A stretch of DNA of 32,000 nucleotides, from the NCBI RefSeq assembly GCF_000953295.1, contig NZ_LN649255.1:240001-272000 (forward strand), read 5' to 3'. Shown in pieces: positions 1 to 14,255 of the stretch. Made by a program: the position numbers and the translations under genes. Each line of letters begins with the position of its first letter. Within the stretch, counting starts at the first letter, position 1. The notes below the pieces were generated by a model, which saw nothing but the letters and a program-made list of their open reading frames with translations, was not told the origin of the DNA and ran no database searches. This DNA is from Candidatus Portiera aleyrodidarum (lineage in GTDB: Bacteria > Pseudomonadota > Gammaproteobacteria > Johnevansiales > Johnevansiaceae).

Positions 1-979
1 CAAAAAGATTATTTAATATTACCTCACCTGATTCATAACGTTTTGTTTCAATAACTATCCTTAAACCATCTTTATCTGATTCATCTCTAAGCTCATTTAT
101 ACCAAATAACCGTTTCTTTTTTACTAAATAAGCTATTTTTTCAATTAATCTAGCTTTATTAACTTGATATGGTAATTCTGTTATAATAATTTTTTCATTA
201 CCTGTTATCTTATTTTTTTCTATTATATATTTTGCACGTATATAAATCCTACCTTTTCCTGTTTTGTAAGCATCTAAAATTCCTGATTTTCCATGTATAA
301 TGCCTGATGTTGGAAAATCAGGCCCCTTTATATATTTCATTAAATCTTCTATTGAAATTTTGTTATTATCAATAAAAGCTAAACATGCATTAATAACTTC
401 TTTTATATTGTGAGGAGGTATATTAGTTGCCATTCCTACAGCTATACCACTAGTTCCATTTATTAACAAATTAGGTATACGACTAGGTAAGAATTCTGGG
501 ATTTTTTCAGACCCATCATAATTATCTACCCAATCTACTGTAGATTTTTCAATATCATATAAAAATTCATTAGTTATCCGAGACATTCTTACTTCTGTAT
601 ATCTCATAGCTGCCGCGTTATCACCATCTATTGATCCAAAATTTCCTTGCCCATCAATTAATACATATCTCATAGAAAACACTTGTGCCATTCTTACAAT
701 TGCATCATAAACAGCACAATCACCATGTGGGTGATATTTACCAATTACATCACCCACGACCCGTGCTGATTTTAAATACTTTTTATTCCATATATTATTT
801 AATTCGTGCATAGCAAAGATCACGCGACGATGCACTGGTTTCAAGCCGTCCCGTATATCTGGAATAGCTCTGCCAATAATTACGCTCATTGCATAATCTA
901 AATAAGATTGTTTTATTTCATCTTCAATTGTTTCATATTCATATGTAATTGGTAAACTTTCTTTATTTTTTTCAAACAT
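1..979 (-). CDS. gyrA: DNA gyrase subunit A, N-terminal ~326 codons; the gene runs off the left edge of the window
   Basis: Not in the ORF track because it is open-ended. My reverse-strand translation from ATG at 979-977 reads [57 protein letters not shown]...[20 protein letters not shown]...[21 protein letters not shown]...[24 protein letters not shown]...[16 protein letters not shown]...[15 protein letters not shown]. It has no stop through position 1. It is near-colinear with E. coli GyrA, and the [15 protein letters not shown] wording is the GyrA type rather than ParC. An AGGA Shine-Dalgarno lies 5 nt upstream and overlaps the secA stop codon. Confidence 0.95.
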   Translation of the reverse strand, partial: MFEKNKESLPITYEYETIEDEIKQSYLDYAMSVIIGRAIPDIRDGLKPVHRRVIFAMHELNNIWNKKYLKSARVVGDVIGKYHPHGDCAVYDAIVRMAQVFSMRYVLIDGQGNFGSIDGDNAAAMRYTEVRMSRITNEFLYDIEKSTVDWVDNYDGSEKIPEFLPSRIPNLLINGTSGIAVGMATNIPPHNIKEVINACLAFIDNNKISIEDLMKYIKGPDFPTSGIIHGKSGILDAYKTGKGRIYIRAKYIIEKNKITGNEKIIITELPYQVNKARLIEKIAYLVKKKRLFGINELRDESDKDGLRIVIETKRYESGEVILNNLF

Positions 980-986
980 ATAATTC

Positions 987-3398
987 CTAAATTTTATACT
1001 TACTAAGTACACTTATTACATCAAATTTAATATTAATAATTAAATCTTTAAATAATTTAAATGCTTCTTTTTTATATTCTTCTATAGGATTTTTTTGTAC
1101 ATAGCCTCTTAAAGGTATACTACTCATTATATAATCCAACATATGTAAATGTTCTTTCCATCTTATATCAAAGACTTGTAATATAGTTTGTTTTTTTAAA
1201 ATTTTTATTTTTTCTTTATCAACTTTTTTCCAATAAGATTTATATATTTTATTATATTTATCTTTTATTTTATTAATTATAATTATATATCCATTTTTAT
1301 ATGAGAAAATATATTTATTTTTTTTTATCCATTTATATATATTTATATTTAATATTTTTTTTATATTTATTACTAAATTAGTTATATTATATTTTTTATT
1401 TTTTTTGTAGTTATACACTATCTTATAAATTACTTCATTTCTAATATATTCTATATATTCAGAAATCTTATAACTAAATAAAATTTCATCTCTTAGTTTA
1501 TATACAATTTTTCTTTGATAATTTGAAATTTTATCATATTCTAATATTTGTTTTCGTATATCAAAATTACGAAGTTCTATTTTTTTTTGAGCTTTTTCTA
1601 CTGCTTTATTAATTAATTTATGTTCAATAGCTTCACCATAAGATAAACCTAAAATTTTTATCATCTTTTTTATGTTATTAGAACCAAATAACCTCATTAA
1701 ATTATCTTCTAAAGAAATAAAAAACCTAGTTGATCCTGGATCACCTTGCCGTCCTGCCCTTCCCTTTAATTGGTTATCAATTCTTCTAGATTCATGTCTT
1801 TCTGTACCAATAACATGTAAACCTCCAGCGTTTTTTACAATTTTTTTATATATTTTATTTTTAAAATTTCCACCTAATAAAATATCTGTCCCTCTCCCTG
1901 CCATTTTAGTAGCGATCGTAATTGTACGTGAACGGCCAGCTTGAGCAATTATTTTAGCTTCATTCTCATGATTTTTTGCATTAAGTATTTTATGTGAAAT
2001 TTTTTGTTTTTTTAACAGATAAGAAATATCTTCTGAAATTTCAATTGAAGTTGTTCCTACGACTACTGGCTGACCTTTATAAAATTTTTCTTTAATATCT
2101 TTATTTATAGCTTCAAATTTTTCTTTTGTAGATAAAAAAATTAAATCATTCATATCTTTACGTATTCTAGGTTTATTTGTTGGAATAACTAATACATCTA
2201 ATTTATAATTTTTATTAAATTCATATAATTCAGTAGAAGCTGTTCCGCTCATACCTGCTATTTTAGCATAAAGTCTAAAATAATTTTGTAAAGTAATATA
2301 AGCTAAAGTATTACTTTCTTCTTTTATATTTACTCCTTCCTTTGCTTCTATAGCTTGATGCAAACCATCTGACCATCTTTTTCCTGGCATTACACGACCT
2401 GTATTTTCATCTACTATAATTACTTCATGATTTCTAATAATATAATCAACATTTTTTTTAAATAAATAAAGTGCTAATAAAGCTGCTTTTATTTTTTTTA
2501 TAAAACCTATATTATTAGCTGAATAAAGAGAATCATTTTTTTTTATTATTTTATTTAATTTAAAAATCTCTTCTATATATTTATATCCTTTTTCAGTTAA
2601 TTCAACTTGTTTATGTTTTTCATCTAAAATAAAATCTCCTTTTTCATATTCAGTAAATTTAGAACTTCTTAATTTTTCTGCTATATTTTTAATTACATAA
2701 TATATTTTAGTATCTTCATATATTTGTCCTGAAATAATTAATGGAGTACGAGCTTCATCAATTAAAATAGAATCAACTTCATCAAGTAAAGCAAAGTTAA
2801 GTTTTCTTTGAAATTTTTCTTTAATTTTATAAACCATATTATTACGTAAATAATCAAAACCATATTCATTATTAGTACCATAAGTAATATCAGCTTTATA
2901 AGCATTAATTTTTTCTTTTAAATTTTGTTTTGCATAAATATTTTTTATACTTAATCCAAGAAATTCATATAATGTACGAATATTAGTAGAATCTCTTTTT
3001 GCTAAATATTCATTTATTGTTACGACATGTACTCCAAGACCAGTTAAGGCATTTAAATATGAAGGTAAAGTCCCAACTATAGTTTTTCCCTCTCCTGTTT
3101 TCATTTCAGAAATCATGCCTTTATGCAAAACTATACCTCCAATTATTTGTACATCAAAATGACGCATCCCAATTATACGTTTGCTAGCTTCTCTTACTGT
3201 AGAAAAAGCTTCAGGTAATAACATATCAAGTAAATCACCTTTTATTATCCTTTTACGATATTCTATAGTCTTATAACTTAATGAATGATTATTAAGTGAA
3301 TTAAAATGAGTTTCTAAATCGTTGATTATATAAACTATCTTACTTATTCTTTTCAGTTCACGTTCATTTTTATTATAAATAAATTTACTTTTTAACAT
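987..3398 (-). CDS. secA: Preprotein translocase ATPase SecA (803 aa; lacks the C-terminal linker and Zn-finger tail)
   Basis: [27 protein letters not shown], Walker [51 protein letters not shown] and [20 protein letters not shown] are colinear with E. coli SecA. Stop codon TAG at 987-989. Confidence 0.97.
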   Translation of the reverse strand: MLKSKFIYNKNERELKRISKIVYIINDLETHFNSLNNHSLSYKTIEYRKRIIKGDLLDMLLPEAFSTVREASKRIIGMRHFDVQIIGGIVLHKGMISEMKTGEGKTIVGTLPSYLNALTGLGVHVVTINEYLAKRDSTNIRTLYEFLGLSIKNIYAKQNLKEKINAYKADITYGTNNEYGFDYLRNNMVYKIKEKFQRKLNFALLDEVDSILIDEARTPLIISGQIYEDTKIYYVIKNIAEKLRSSKFTEYEKGDFILDEKHKQVELTEKGYKYIEEIFKLNKIIKKNDSLYSANNIGFIKKIKAALLALYLFKKNVDYIIRNHEVIIVDENTGRVMPGKRWSDGLHQAIEAKEGVNIKEESNTLAYITLQNYFRLYAKIAGMSGTASTELYEFNKNYKLDVLVIPTNKPRIRKDMNDLIFLSTKEKFEAINKDIKEKFYKGQPVVVGTTSIEISEDISYLLKKQKISHKILNAKNHENEAKIIAQAGRSRTITIATKMAGRGTDILLGGNFKNKIYKKIVKNAGGLHVIGTERHESRRIDNQLKGRAGRQGDPGSTRFFISLEDNLMRLFGSNNIKKMIKILGLSYGEAIEHKLINKAVEKAQKKIELRNFDIRKQILEYDKISNYQRKIVYKLRDEILFSYKISEYIEYIRNEVIYKIVYNYKKNKKYNITNLVINIKKILNINIYKWIKKNKYIFSYKNGYIIIINKIKDKYNKIYKSYWKKVDKEKIKILKKQTILQVFDIRWKEHLHMLDYIMSSIPLRGYVQKNPIEEYKKEAFKLFKDLIINIKFDVISVLSKYKI

Positions 3399-3417
3399 TT
3401 TAACAATTTTAATAAAC

Positions 3418-3491
3418 TACGTCTGAAGGGACTTGAACCCATGACCTGTACCTTCGGAAGGTACTGCTCTCTCCAGCTAAGCTACAGACGT
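3418..3491 (-). tRNA. tRNA-Arg, anticodon CCG, 74 nt, no encoded CCA
   Basis: The reverse complement folds by hand into a cloverleaf: acceptor acgtctg/cagacgt (7 Watson-Crick pairs), D arm gctt-agctggaga-gagc, anticodon arm gtacc-ttCCGaa-ggtac, variable aggtc, T arm atggg-ttcaagt-ccctt (one U-U mismatch), discriminator A. It is locally GC-richer than the flanks. Confidence 0.9.
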
Positions 3492-3704
3492 ATATTTCCC
3501 CATAATAACAGATGCGCCCTGGTTAACTTCTATATCCATGTACAACAAAACTAGCTTTATAAAAAAATTATATGCTGTTCACTCAAATACTCTTGCTGTA
3601 TTTCTTTTAAAATGATATTTAATATTTTATTAGATTTTTTTATAGATAAACCTGTGTTTTTAGTTATATATAAAGATAATTTTAAATTATACATTATCCT
3701 TTAA
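3492..3704. other. Largest non-coding spacer in the window (213 bp), between the argF stop and tRNA-Arg; function unassigned
   Basis: No ORF longer than about 20 codons in any frame that I could read. It contains a locally GC-richer patch, ccccataataacagatgcgccctgg (3498-3522). It must hold whatever terminates the atp-argF unit, promotes tRNA-Arg/secA/gyrA, or both. Confidence 0.5.
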
Positions 3705-4721
3705 TTAACTTAATGAAGCAACCATTACGGATTTTATTGTATGTATTCTATTTTCAACTTGATCAAAAGATATATTATATGATGATTCAAATACATCATC
3801 AGTAATTTCAAAACCATTAATTAATTTTTTTTTATTTTTTATAAAATCAAATTTTAATAATTTTTTTATAATTAATGTTTCATTATTATGAAAGGATGGT
3901 AAACAGTGCATTATTTTTACTTTATAATTATTAGTAGCTTCTATAATTTTTTTATTTACTTGATACTTTGAAAGCATTTTTATTCTTTCATCCCATACAT
4001 CTGAACTTTCTCCCATTGATACCCATACATCAGTATATAAAAAATCTACATTTTTTATAGCTACATAAGGATCTTCTACTAAAAGTAATTTTGCTTTATT
4101 TTTTTTAGCTATCTTTTTACATAAAATATAAAACTTTTCTTCTGGCCACATTTTTTTAGGAGCTGCTATCCGTATATCCATCCCCAATTTGGCTGCTATT
4201 AATAATAACGATCTTCCAATATTATAACGTGCATCACCTAAATAAGCATATTTTATTTTATTTAATGATTTATTGTTAGAATGTTCCAACATAGTTAATA
4301 CATCAGCTAAAACTTGTGTTGGATGAAATTCATTTGTTAACCCATTAAACACGGGTATTCCTGAATTTTTTGCTAATTCTTTTATTATTTTTTGACTATC
4401 TCCTCTATATTGAATTGCATCAAACATACGACCTAATACCTTTGCTGTATCTTTAATAGATTCTTTATATCCCATTTGCGAAGATTTCGAATCAATATAA
4501 GTTACATTAGCACCTTGATCAAAAGCTGCAATTTCGAAAGCACACCTAGTTCTAGTTGATGGTTTTTCAAAAATTAAAGCTATATTTTTACCTTTTAATC
4601 TTGGATATTCATTTCCTATATATTTTGATTGTTTTAAATAACTTGCTAAATTTATTAAATAAATTATTTCTTCTTTTGTATGATTAATTAAACTTAACAA
4701 ATTCCTATTACGTAAATTCAT
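3705..4721 (-). CDS. argF: Ornithine carbamoyltransferase
   Basis: Carbamoyl-phosphate motif [20 protein letters not shown], ornithine-binding DVWVSMGE and MHCLPSFH (the OTCase HCLP motif, not the ATCase HPLPR type). Length 338 aa. AGGAA Shine-Dalgarno 8 nt upstream of the ATG. Confidence 0.93.
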   Translation of the reverse strand: MNLRNRNLLSLINHTKEEIIYLINLASYLKQSKYIGNEYPRLKGKNIALIFEKPSTRTRCAFEIAAFDQGANVTYIDSKSSQMGYKESIKDTAKVLGRMFDAIQYRGDSQKIIKELAKNSGIPVFNGLTNEFHPTQVLADVLTMLEHSNNKSLNKIKYAYLGDARYNIGRSLLLIAAKLGMDIRIAAPKKMWPEEKFYILCKKIAKKNKAKLLLVEDPYVAIKNVDFLYTDVWVSMGESSDVWDERIKMLSKYQVNKKIIEATNNYKVKIMHCLPSFHNNETLIIKKLLKFDFIKNKKKLINGFEITDDVFESSYNISFDQVENRIHTIKSVMVASLS

Positions 4722-4735
4722 TTTTTTATTTCCTT

Positions 4736-5167
4736 TTATTTTTTTTTTAATTTTTTTAAAATTTTTAATGTACGTAATCGAGAATTTGCTAAAGCTATAT
4801 CTGCAATTGCACGTGAATAATTTATTTTTGATGATTTTTCTTTAATTATTTTTTTAGCTTTCTTAATACTTTTCTTAATTTCATATTCCTTAAGATCATT
4901 CGCTTTAATAATTGTATAAGCCAAACATGAAATAATATTTGATTCTACTTCAATTAAACCACCATCTAAATAAAAAATTTCTTTCTTCTCGTTAATATGT
5001 GTTATTATTAAAGGTCCGCAACTTAATTGTGTGATAATTGGAGCATGCCCTGATAATATTCCTAATTCTCCTTCAGTACCAAGAGCTGTTATCTGTTTAA
5101 TTTTTTTTGAAAACATTAAACAGTCTATTCTCATAATCTCACATTGAATAATATTCATCTTTTCCAA
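4736..5167 (-). CDS. atpC: F1 ATP synthase epsilon subunit
   Basis: The position directly after atpD, the length and [21 protein letters not shown] match E. coli [21 protein letters not shown]. The start could alternatively be the Met at 5158. Confidence 0.9.
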   Translation of the reverse strand: MEKMNIIQCEIMRIDCLMFSKKIKQITALGTEGELGILSGHAPIITQLSCGPLIITHINEKKEIFYLDGGLIEVESNIISCLAYTIIKANDLKEYEIKKSIKKAKKIIKEKSSKINYSRAIADIALANSRLRTLKILKKLKKK

Positions 5168-6538
<1,371 letters not shown>

Positions 6539-6551
6539 TTAATTTCCTTTC

Positions 6552-7403
6552 TTATACTAATGCTGCTCCATTTACTATTTCAGAAATTTCTTGTGTTATA
6601 TTTTCTTGTCTTAATTTATTATAAATATTATTTAAATCTCTTATTAACTCATTAGCATTTTCTGTTGCTTTTTTCATTGAAATCATTCGCAACGAATGTT
6701 CACTAGCTATATTCTCTAATATTGCTTGATATATTTGAGATTCAAGATATTTAGTAAATAAAGTTTTTAACAAAATATTAAAATCATAAGTTTCATAAAT
6801 ATAAACTATTTTCTTAATTTTTTCTTTTTTTCTTTTTAAAGGTAAAAGATTTTTTATTTTTGGTAATGATTTTATTGAATTTATAGATTTATTATATATG
6901 ATTTTAATACAATCAATATGATTATTATCATATTGTTTAATTATTATTTTTATTAAATTATAAAATTCAATTATTTTTGGATAATCACCTAAATTATTTT
7001 TATTATATATGATTTCTCCACCATATTTTTTTATAAACTTTTTACCAATTTTACCTATTGTACAAAAACAATACTCTTTCTTATCTTTTTTTATATAATT
7101 TAATAATTTTTTAAATAACTTTATATTTAAACCTCCACATAAACCTTTATCACTAGTTATTATAATATAACAAATTTTTTTTATTTTTTTATTTATATTT
7201 ATATAATTATTTTTCTCATTTATATTATCAGCAACTATACGATTACATATCTCTTTTATTTTTTTTGTATAATATCTACTTAATAACATTCTATTCTGTA
7301 ACTTACGCATTTTAGATGCAGATACCATTTCCATTGCACTAGTAATTTTTTTTGTATTTTTTATGATTTCAATTTGTAATTTTATTTCTTTTGTGGCTAT
7401 CAA
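6552..7403 (-). CDS. atpG: F1 ATP synthase gamma subunit (TTG start)
   Basis: N-terminus KEIKLQIEIIKNTKKITSAMEMVSASKMRK and C-terminus RQENITQEISEIVNGAALV match the conserved gamma termini. The first codon, at 7403-7401, is TTG. Confidence 0.92.
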   Translation of the reverse strand: MIATKEIKLQIEIIKNTKKITSAMEMVSASKMRKLQNRMLLSRYYTKKIKEICNRIVADNINEKNNYININKKIKKICYIIITSDKGLCGGLNIKLFKKLLNYIKKDKKEYCFCTIGKIGKKFIKKYGGEIIYNKNNLGDYPKIIEFYNLIKIIIKQYDNNHIDCIKIIYNKSINSIKSLPKIKNLLPLKRKKEKIKKIVYIYETYDFNILLKTLFTKYLESQIYQAILENIASEHSLRMISMKKATENANELIRDLNNIYNKLRQENITQEISEIVNGAALV

Positions 7404-7407
7404 AATT

Positions 7408-8940
7408 TTACCTATATTTTTCTTTAAATATTTTTAATATTTTTTTAAAGTTTTCTATATACTCTTCTTTACCATTATTATTTATTAAATTTATTAATGT
7501 TTTATAATTTCTATTATAATATTTTATTAGTTGTTTTTCAAAATCAAATATTTTATTTATATTTATATCATCTAAATAATTTTTATTTGCTGCATATAAT
7601 AATATTGCAATTTCAGCAACACTCATTGTATTAAATTGTTTTTGTTTCATTAATTCTGTTATACGCTTCCCACTTTCTATTTGTTTTCTAGTTATTTCAT
7701 CTAAATCTGAACTAAATTGTGCAAATGATTCTAATTCTCTATATTTAGCTAAAGATAAACGTATACCTGATCCTAATTTTTTTATTATTTGAGTTTGGGC
7801 AGATCCACCTACTCTAGATACAGACAATCCTACATTTATTGCTGGTCTTATACCTGAATTAAATAAATTTGTTTCAAGAAATATTTGACCATCTGTTATA
7901 GAAATCACATTTGTAGGTATAAATTCTGATACATCTCCACCTTTTGTTTCTATTATTGGTAATGCAGTCAAAGATCCTGTTTTTTTTATTTTTCCATTAG
8001 TAAATTTCCTAACATAATTTTCATTTACACGAGAAGCTCTTTCTAATAATTTTGAATGTATATAAAATATATCCCCTGGATATGCTTCACGACCTGGCGG
8101 CCTTTTTAATAACAATGATATTTGTCGATAAGCCCAAGCTTGTTTTGTTAAATCATCATATACAATTAATGCATTTTTTCCTCTATCCCGAAAATGCTCC
8201 CCCATTGTACACCCTGTATATGGTACTAGATATTGCATAATTGCTGGATCAGATGCTGATGAAGCTACTACTATTGTATAGTTCATAGCACCATATTCTT
8301 CTAATTTTTTTACAATCTTTACGATATTAGATTTTTTTTGACCTATCGCAACATAAATACATATTATATCTTTATTTTTTTGATTAATAATAATATCCAT
8401 AGCAATAGAGGTTTTACCTACATTTCTATCCCCTATAATTAATTCTCTTTGGCCTAAACCTATTGGGATCATTGAATCTATTGCTTTAATGCCTGTATTT
8501 AATGGTTTGCTAACACTTTTTCTGAAAATAACACCAGGAGCTATTTTTTCAATCAAATCAGTATTTTTTGTTTTTATTTTTCCTTTCCCATCTAGAGACC
8601 TTCCTAATGTATCTACAACTCTACCAATTAATTCTAAACCGACAGGTACTTTTAATAATTTCCCTGTACCTTTACATTTCATTCCCTCTTTAAGTTGTTT
8701 GAAATCCCCTAATACCACAATCCCTACATTATTTCTTTCAATATTAAAAACCAATCCAATGATATTCTCAATAAATTCTATTATTTCACCATACATAGCC
8801 GAGTATAACCCATATACACGTACGATTCCATCAAACACATTAATAATTCTTCCTTCATTTTGCATTTCTAAATTAAAATTAATATTTTTTATTTCTTTTT
8901 TTATTATATTACTAATTTCAAAATAATTTAAATCTTTCAT
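7408..8940 (-). CDS. atpA: F1 ATP synthase alpha subunit
   Basis: [15 protein letters not shown], Walker [54 protein letters not shown]. Confidence 0.98.
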   Translation of the reverse strand: MKDLNYFEISNIIKKEIKNINFNLEMQNEGRIINVFDGIVRVYGLYSAMYGEIIEFIENIIGLVFNIERNNVGIVVLGDFKQLKEGMKCKGTGKLLKVPVGLELIGRVVDTLGRSLDGKGKIKTKNTDLIEKIAPGVIFRKSVSKPLNTGIKAIDSMIPIGLGQRELIIGDRNVGKTSIAMDIIINQKNKDIICIYVAIGQKKSNIVKIVKKLEEYGAMNYTIVVASSASDPAIMQYLVPYTGCTMGEHFRDRGKNALIVYDDLTKQAWAYRQISLLLKRPPGREAYPGDIFYIHSKLLERASRVNENYVRKFTNGKIKKTGSLTALPIIETKGGDVSEFIPTNVISITDGQIFLETNLFNSGIRPAINVGLSVSRVGGSAQTQIIKKLGSGIRLSLAKYRELESFAQFSSDLDEITRKQIESGKRITELMKQKQFNTMSVAEIAILLYAANKNYLDDININKIFDFEKQLIKYYNRNYKTLINLINNNGKEEYIENFKKILKIFKEKYR

Positions 8941-8949
8941 AAGATTATA

Positions 8950-9471
8950 TTATCCTAATAAGGTTTTTTTTAATTTATTTAATCTATAAATTATAGAAAA
9001 ATCTATAATATTCTTTTTTATTTTTATAATTAATCCACCAATTATCTTTTTATTTATTTCTATTTTTTTAATAAATATTTTTTTTTTAAATTTTAAACTT
9101 AAAATATTTATTATTTTTTTTTTATGAATATTTTTTAAGATAAACGCACTAATAATTTTTATATTTAAAATATTATATTTTTTAAAAATTTTTCTTTCAT
9201 ATTTATATAATATATACTTTATAATATTTATATTCTTATTTCTTAATATCTTAATTATCTTAAAACTTTCATTATCTAATATATGTTTTATATTTTTATT
9301 TTTATTAAAACTAAAACATTTTAATAAATTATTTTTTCTATAATAATTTATTATATAATCAATCATTTTTATTTTATTTTTCCATTCATCTAAATCTTTT
9401 GATAAAACAGATAATTCCCATATTGCATTAAAATATGGTTTATTATTTTTTAATTTTTCTGATATTTTCAT
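8950..9471 (-). CDS. atpH: F1 ATP synthase delta subunit (highly diverged)
   Basis: Operon position between atpF and atpA, 173 aa. KPYFNAIWELS matches E. coli RPYAKAAFDFA, and the C-terminal GGLIIKIKKNIIDFSIIYRLNKLKKTL matches [27 protein letters not shown]. Confidence 0.8.
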   Translation of the reverse strand: MKISEKLKNNKPYFNAIWELSVLSKDLDEWKNKIKMIDYIINYYRKNNLLKCFSFNKNKNIKHILDNESFKIIKILRNKNINIIKYILYKYERKIFKKYNILNIKIISAFILKNIHKKKIINILSLKFKKKIFIKKIEINKKIIGGLIIKIKKNIIDFSIIYRLNKLKKTLLG

Positions 9472-9472
9472 A

Positions 9473-9943
9473 TTATATTTTTTTTACTAATTTTTTAAAA
9501 ATTTCTTCATTCACATTTATATCTATTGATTTTTCTAAAATTTTTTCTAATCCTATTAAAGATATTTTAATTATTTTTTCATGTAAATCTTTTTTTATAT
9601 TTAACAATTCTTCTTCAAATATTTTTTTTCTATTTTTTATTAAATTCTCACTTTCTTTTTTTGCAATCTTTCTTATCTTTTCAATTATATAATTATAATG
9701 TAATTGTGCTTTTTCTATTATTAACTCTGCTTCATTTTTAGCTTTATATAAAATATATTTTGATTCTTTTTTTGCTTTATATAATTCTTTTTTTGCTGTA
9801 TTAGCTGATTTTAAAGCATTCTTAATTTTCTTTTCTCTTTCTAATATATTTTTTATTATTGGAGGCCAAACATATTTTTTACAAACCCAGATTAATATAG
9901 CAAAATTTATAATTTCACCTAAAATAGTTAAATTTATATTCAC
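9473..9943 (-). CDS. atpF: Fo ATP synthase subunit b
   Basis: MNINLTILGEIINFAILIWVCKKYVWPPIIKNILEREKKI matches E. coli [40 protein letters not shown]. Confidence 0.88.
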   Translation of the reverse strand: MNINLTILGEIINFAILIWVCKKYVWPPIIKNILEREKKIKNALKSANTAKKELYKAKKESKYILYKAKNEAELIIEKAQLHYNYIIEKIRKIAKKESENLIKNRKKIFEEELLNIKKDLHEKIIKISLIGLEKILEKSIDINVNEEIFKKLVKKI

Positions 9944-9965
9944 AACTTTTACCTTAATTTAATTT

Positions 9966-11058
<1,093 letters not shown>

Positions 11059-11063
11059 TTATT

Positions 11064-12863
11064 TTATTGTTTTTTTTTTAAATAAAACAATATTATTGAA
11101 ATAGCAGCTGGAGTAACTCCTGGAATATTTTTTAGATCTGCTAATGTTAAAATTTTCTTTAATCTTATTTTTTGATATATTTCATTTGAAAGTCCAATAC
11201 AATTAAAATCAAAATTTTTAGGGAAACATATTTTTTCATATTTCTTCATATTTTTTACTTCTTTAATTTGACGGGTAATATATCCTTTATATTTTATTTG
11301 TATTTGTATTTGTTCAAATATATCTTTAGGTAAATTTTTATTTGAGTTAATATCAATATATTTTATAGTTTTTTTTATATTAATTATACCATTTTTTTTT
11401 AATATTTTATTTGGAATAATATAATTTTTTTTTAATATATTTATTTCTTTTTTTATTTTTTTACTTTTTTTTATATAATAATAATAACGATAATTATTTA
11501 TTAAACCTAATTTATAACCTCTTTCTGTTAACCGTAAATCTGCATTATCTTCACGTAATAATAATCTATATTCTGATCTAGATGTAAACATTCTATAAGG
11601 TTCATTTGTTCCTTTTTTTATTAAATCGTCTAACATAACCCCAATATAAGATTCATTACGTTTTGGATACCATTTTTCTAATTCTTTAATATTTATTGAA
11701 GCATTTATACCAGCTATTAATCCTTGAGCAGCTGCTTCTTCATATCCAGTTGTTCCATTAATTTGCCCTGCAAAATATAAATTTTTTATAAATTTAGTTT
11801 CTAAAGTATGATATAAATCACGTGGATCTATATAATAATATTCTATTGCATAACCAGGTCTAGTTATATAAGCTTTTTCTAAACCATATATACTATTTAT
11901 AAGTTTTTTTTGGAAATTAAAAGGTAAAATAGTAGAAATGCCATTAGGATAAACTTCATTAAAATCTAAATTTTCTGGTTCTAAAAATATTTGATGTCTT
12001 TTTCTATTTGAAAATTTATAAATTTTATCTTCAATAGAAGGACAATATCTAGGTCCTTTGCCTTTGATTTTCCCAGTAAAAATAGGTGATTTATATATAT
12101 TGTTTATTATAATTTCATGTGTTTTATTGTTTGTGTAGGTAATAAAACAATTTAATTGTTTTATTTTTTTTTTTTCTAAAGAAAAAAAAGACATCTTAGG
12201 AATCGGAAAAGTTCCTGATTGGTTTTCTAATTTTAAAATATTAATACTTTTAGCATCAATTCTAGGAGGAGTTCCTGTTTTTAATCTAGATATTTTAAAA
12301 GGTAATTGTTTTATTTTTTTTGCTAATAAATTTGAATTCTTGTCATTAATTCTACCACCTATAAAACTATTTAATCCTATATAAATTTTTCCACCTAAAA
12401 AAGTTCCATTACATAATATTACTTTTTTACTATAAAAACATATACCTTCAGAAGTTATAATACCTTTATTTATATTATTTTTTACAATTAAATCAACAAC
12501 TGTTTGTTGTATTACACTTAAATTTTTTTGGTTTTTTATTATAGTTTTTATAAATCTTTTATATAAATTCCGATCTATCTGAACTCTTGTTGATCTTACA
12601 GCTGGTCCTTTACTCTTATTTAATATCCTAAATTGTATTCCAGAATAATCGGTTGCTAAACCCATTATTCCACCTAATGCATCTATTTCTTTTACTATTT
12701 GACTTTTCCCTATCCCACCAATTGCAGGATTACAAGAAAAAGTACCAATTGTTTCAATATTATCTGTTATAAGTAATGTTTTAACCCCTATTTTTGATGC
12801 AGCTAAACTAGCTTCTATACCAGCATGCCCACCTCCAACTACTATTACTTCATAAATATTCAT
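11064..12863 (-). CDS. mnmG: tRNA U34 5-carboxymethylaminomethyl-modification enzyme MnmG (GidA)
   Basis: FAD fold [82 protein letters not shown]. Confidence 0.97.
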   Translation of the reverse strand: MNIYEVIVVGGGHAGIEASLAASKIGVKTLLITDNIETIGTFSCNPAIGGIGKSQIVKEIDALGGIMGLATDYSGIQFRILNKSKGPAVRSTRVQIDRNLYKRFIKTIIKNQKNLSVIQQTVVDLIVKNNINKGIITSEGICFYSKKVILCNGTFLGGKIYIGLNSFIGGRINDKNSNLLAKKIKQLPFKISRLKTGTPPRIDAKSINILKLENQSGTFPIPKMSFFSLEKKKIKQLNCFITYTNNKTHEIIINNIYKSPIFTGKIKGKGPRYCPSIEDKIYKFSNRKRHQIFLEPENLDFNEVYPNGISTILPFNFQKKLINSIYGLEKAYITRPGYAIEYYYIDPRDLYHTLETKFIKNLYFAGQINGTTGYEEAAAQGLIAGINASINIKELEKWYPKRNESYIGVMLDDLIKKGTNEPYRMFTSRSEYRLLLREDNADLRLTERGYKLGLINNYRYYYYIKKSKKIKKEINILKKNYIIPNKILKKNGIINIKKTIKYIDINSNKNLPKDIFEQIQIQIKYKGYITRQIKEVKNMKKYEKICFPKNFDFNCIGLSNEIYQKIRLKKILTLADLKNIPGVTPAAISIILFYLKKKQ

Positions 12864-12869
12864 AAAATC

Positions 12870-14255
12870 TTATTTACCTATACAAAAAGTTTTAAAAATT
12901 TTTTTTAAAATATTTTTTTTTACATTTTTTCCAATAATTTCTTCTAAATATTTTTGTATAAGATATAAATCTTCAGATAATATCTCATTAATTTCATTAA
13001 ATTTATTTTTTATATAAGAATTTATTATATTAATTGTTTTTTCTAAATAATAAATTTGACGATTTTTTATACAAAATAAATTTTCATCTTTTATTTTATT
13101 TTTTTTTAAAATTATTTTTTTTATATTTTTTTTTAATTTATTTATTCCTTCTTTTGTTTTTGTTGAAATATTAATTATTTTATTATCTTTTATTAATTCT
13201 TTTTTTTTTATTAAATCTATTTTATTTCTTATTATAAGAATATTTTTTTTAAAAAATTTTTTAAATCTATCTATATTTGTTTCTTTATTATCTAATATTA
13301 ATAAAATTAAATCTGCATTATTTATTTCTTTAATTGCACGTTTTATTCCTAATTTTTCTATTAAATTAATATTTTTTTCATTTTTTCTTATTCCAGCTGT
13401 ATCACTTATAGAAATAGGTATTCCATATAAAAATATATTAATTTTTAATACATCTCTAGTTGTACCTTTTATATTTGTAATTATAGCATTATCTTTACCA
13501 GTTAAAAGATTAAATAAACTAGATTTACCTACATTAGGTTTTCCTGTTATTACTATTTTAAGAGTATTATTTATCAAGTAACCATTGAAAGCTTTTTTTT
13601 TAAATAAAGTTAATAAAAAAAATAATTTTTTTATTTTATTTAATATATTTTTTTTTGTTAATTTTTTTTTTATTATTAAATCTTCTTTATATTCATTTGG
13701 AAAATTTATCATTGCTTCTAGATTTATACGTAATCTTATTATTTCTTTAATTATTTTTTTTATATTATTAGAAAATATTCCGTCAAAAGAATTTAAAGCT
13801 ATTTTTAAAGCTAATTTAGAATTAGCTTTTATTATATCTATTACCGATTCTGCTTGTATTAAATCTATTTTATTGTTTAAAAAAGCCCTTTCTGTAAATT
13901 CTCCTGGTTTTGCTAATCTAGCGCCTAATAGGATTATATATTCTAATAATATTTCTAAAATTATAGGACCGCCATGACTTTGCAATTCAAGTATATTTTC
14001 TCCTGTGAAAGAATTAGGAGATTTAAAATATATTACTATACCTTTATCAATTATTTTTTTATTTTTATCTAAAAAAGGAACATAATAAGCATATCTAGAT
14101 TTAGGTATAAAACCTAAGATTTTTTTTGAGATAAATTTTATATTATCATTTCCAGATATTCTAATAATTCCAATACTAGAATAACCAGATGGAGTTGCTT
14201 TCGCACAAATAAGATCATTATAAAAAAAATTATTTAAATATTTTTTTTTATCCAT
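12870..14255 (-). CDS. mnmE: tRNA modification GTPase MnmE (TrmE)
   Basis: ICAKATPSGYSSIGIIRISG, G1 GKPNVGKSSLFN, G3 DTAGIR, G4 NKIDL, C-terminal CIGK motif. The 5' end overlaps the yidC 3' end by 22 nt. Confidence 0.95.
   Translation of the reverse strand: MDKKKYLNNFFYNDLICAKATPSGYSSIGIIRISGNDNIKFISKKILGFIPKSRYAYYVPFLDKNKKIIDKGIVIYFKSPNSFTGENILELQSHGGPIILEILLEYIILLGARLAKPGEFTERAFLNNKIDLIQAESVIDIIKANSKLALKIALNSFDGIFSNNIKKIIKEIIRLRINLEAMINFPNEYKEDLIIKKKLTKKNILNKIKKLFFLLTLFKKKAFNGYLINNTLKIVITGKPNVGKSSLFNLLTGKDNAIITNIKGTTRDVLKINIFLYGIPISISDTAGIRKNEKNINLIEKLGIKRAIKEINNADLILLILDNKETNIDRFKKFFKKNILIIRNKIDLIKKKELIKDNKIINISTKTKEGINKLKKNIKKIILKKNKIKDENLFCIKNRQIYYLEKTINIINSYIKNKFNEINEILSEDLYLIQKYLEEIIGKNVKKNILKKIFKTFCIGK

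Noticed and set aside
1672-1944. 90-aa plus-strand ORF inside secA. The same class includes 6123-6461, 8052-8240, 8489-8926, 9435-9692, 13585-13977, 17791-17976, 21831-22052, 26189-26383 and 30284-30466.
   Set aside because: All lie wholly antisense to, or out of frame within, strongly conserved housekeeping genes. Their translations are low-complexity mirrors of the real frame with no recognisable motifs.
3492-3600. Possible 4.5S RNA (ffs), tmRNA piece or second tRNA in the GC-richer patch upstream of tRNA-Arg.
   Set aside because: I could not fold a cloverleaf, as there is no T-loop GTTCRA motif on either strand. The SRP domain IV signature (GGAA tetraloop with a flanking AGCA symmetric loop) is absent. 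The patch remains reported as unexplained rather than named.
3530-3704. DnaA-box-like strings (tatatccatg near 3531-3540 and ttatccttt near 3694-3702) that might mark an origin.
   Set aside because: They are only about 6/9 matches to TTATCCACA, which is expected by chance in this composition. There are no GATC sites and no clustered boxes, and dnaA itself appears absent.
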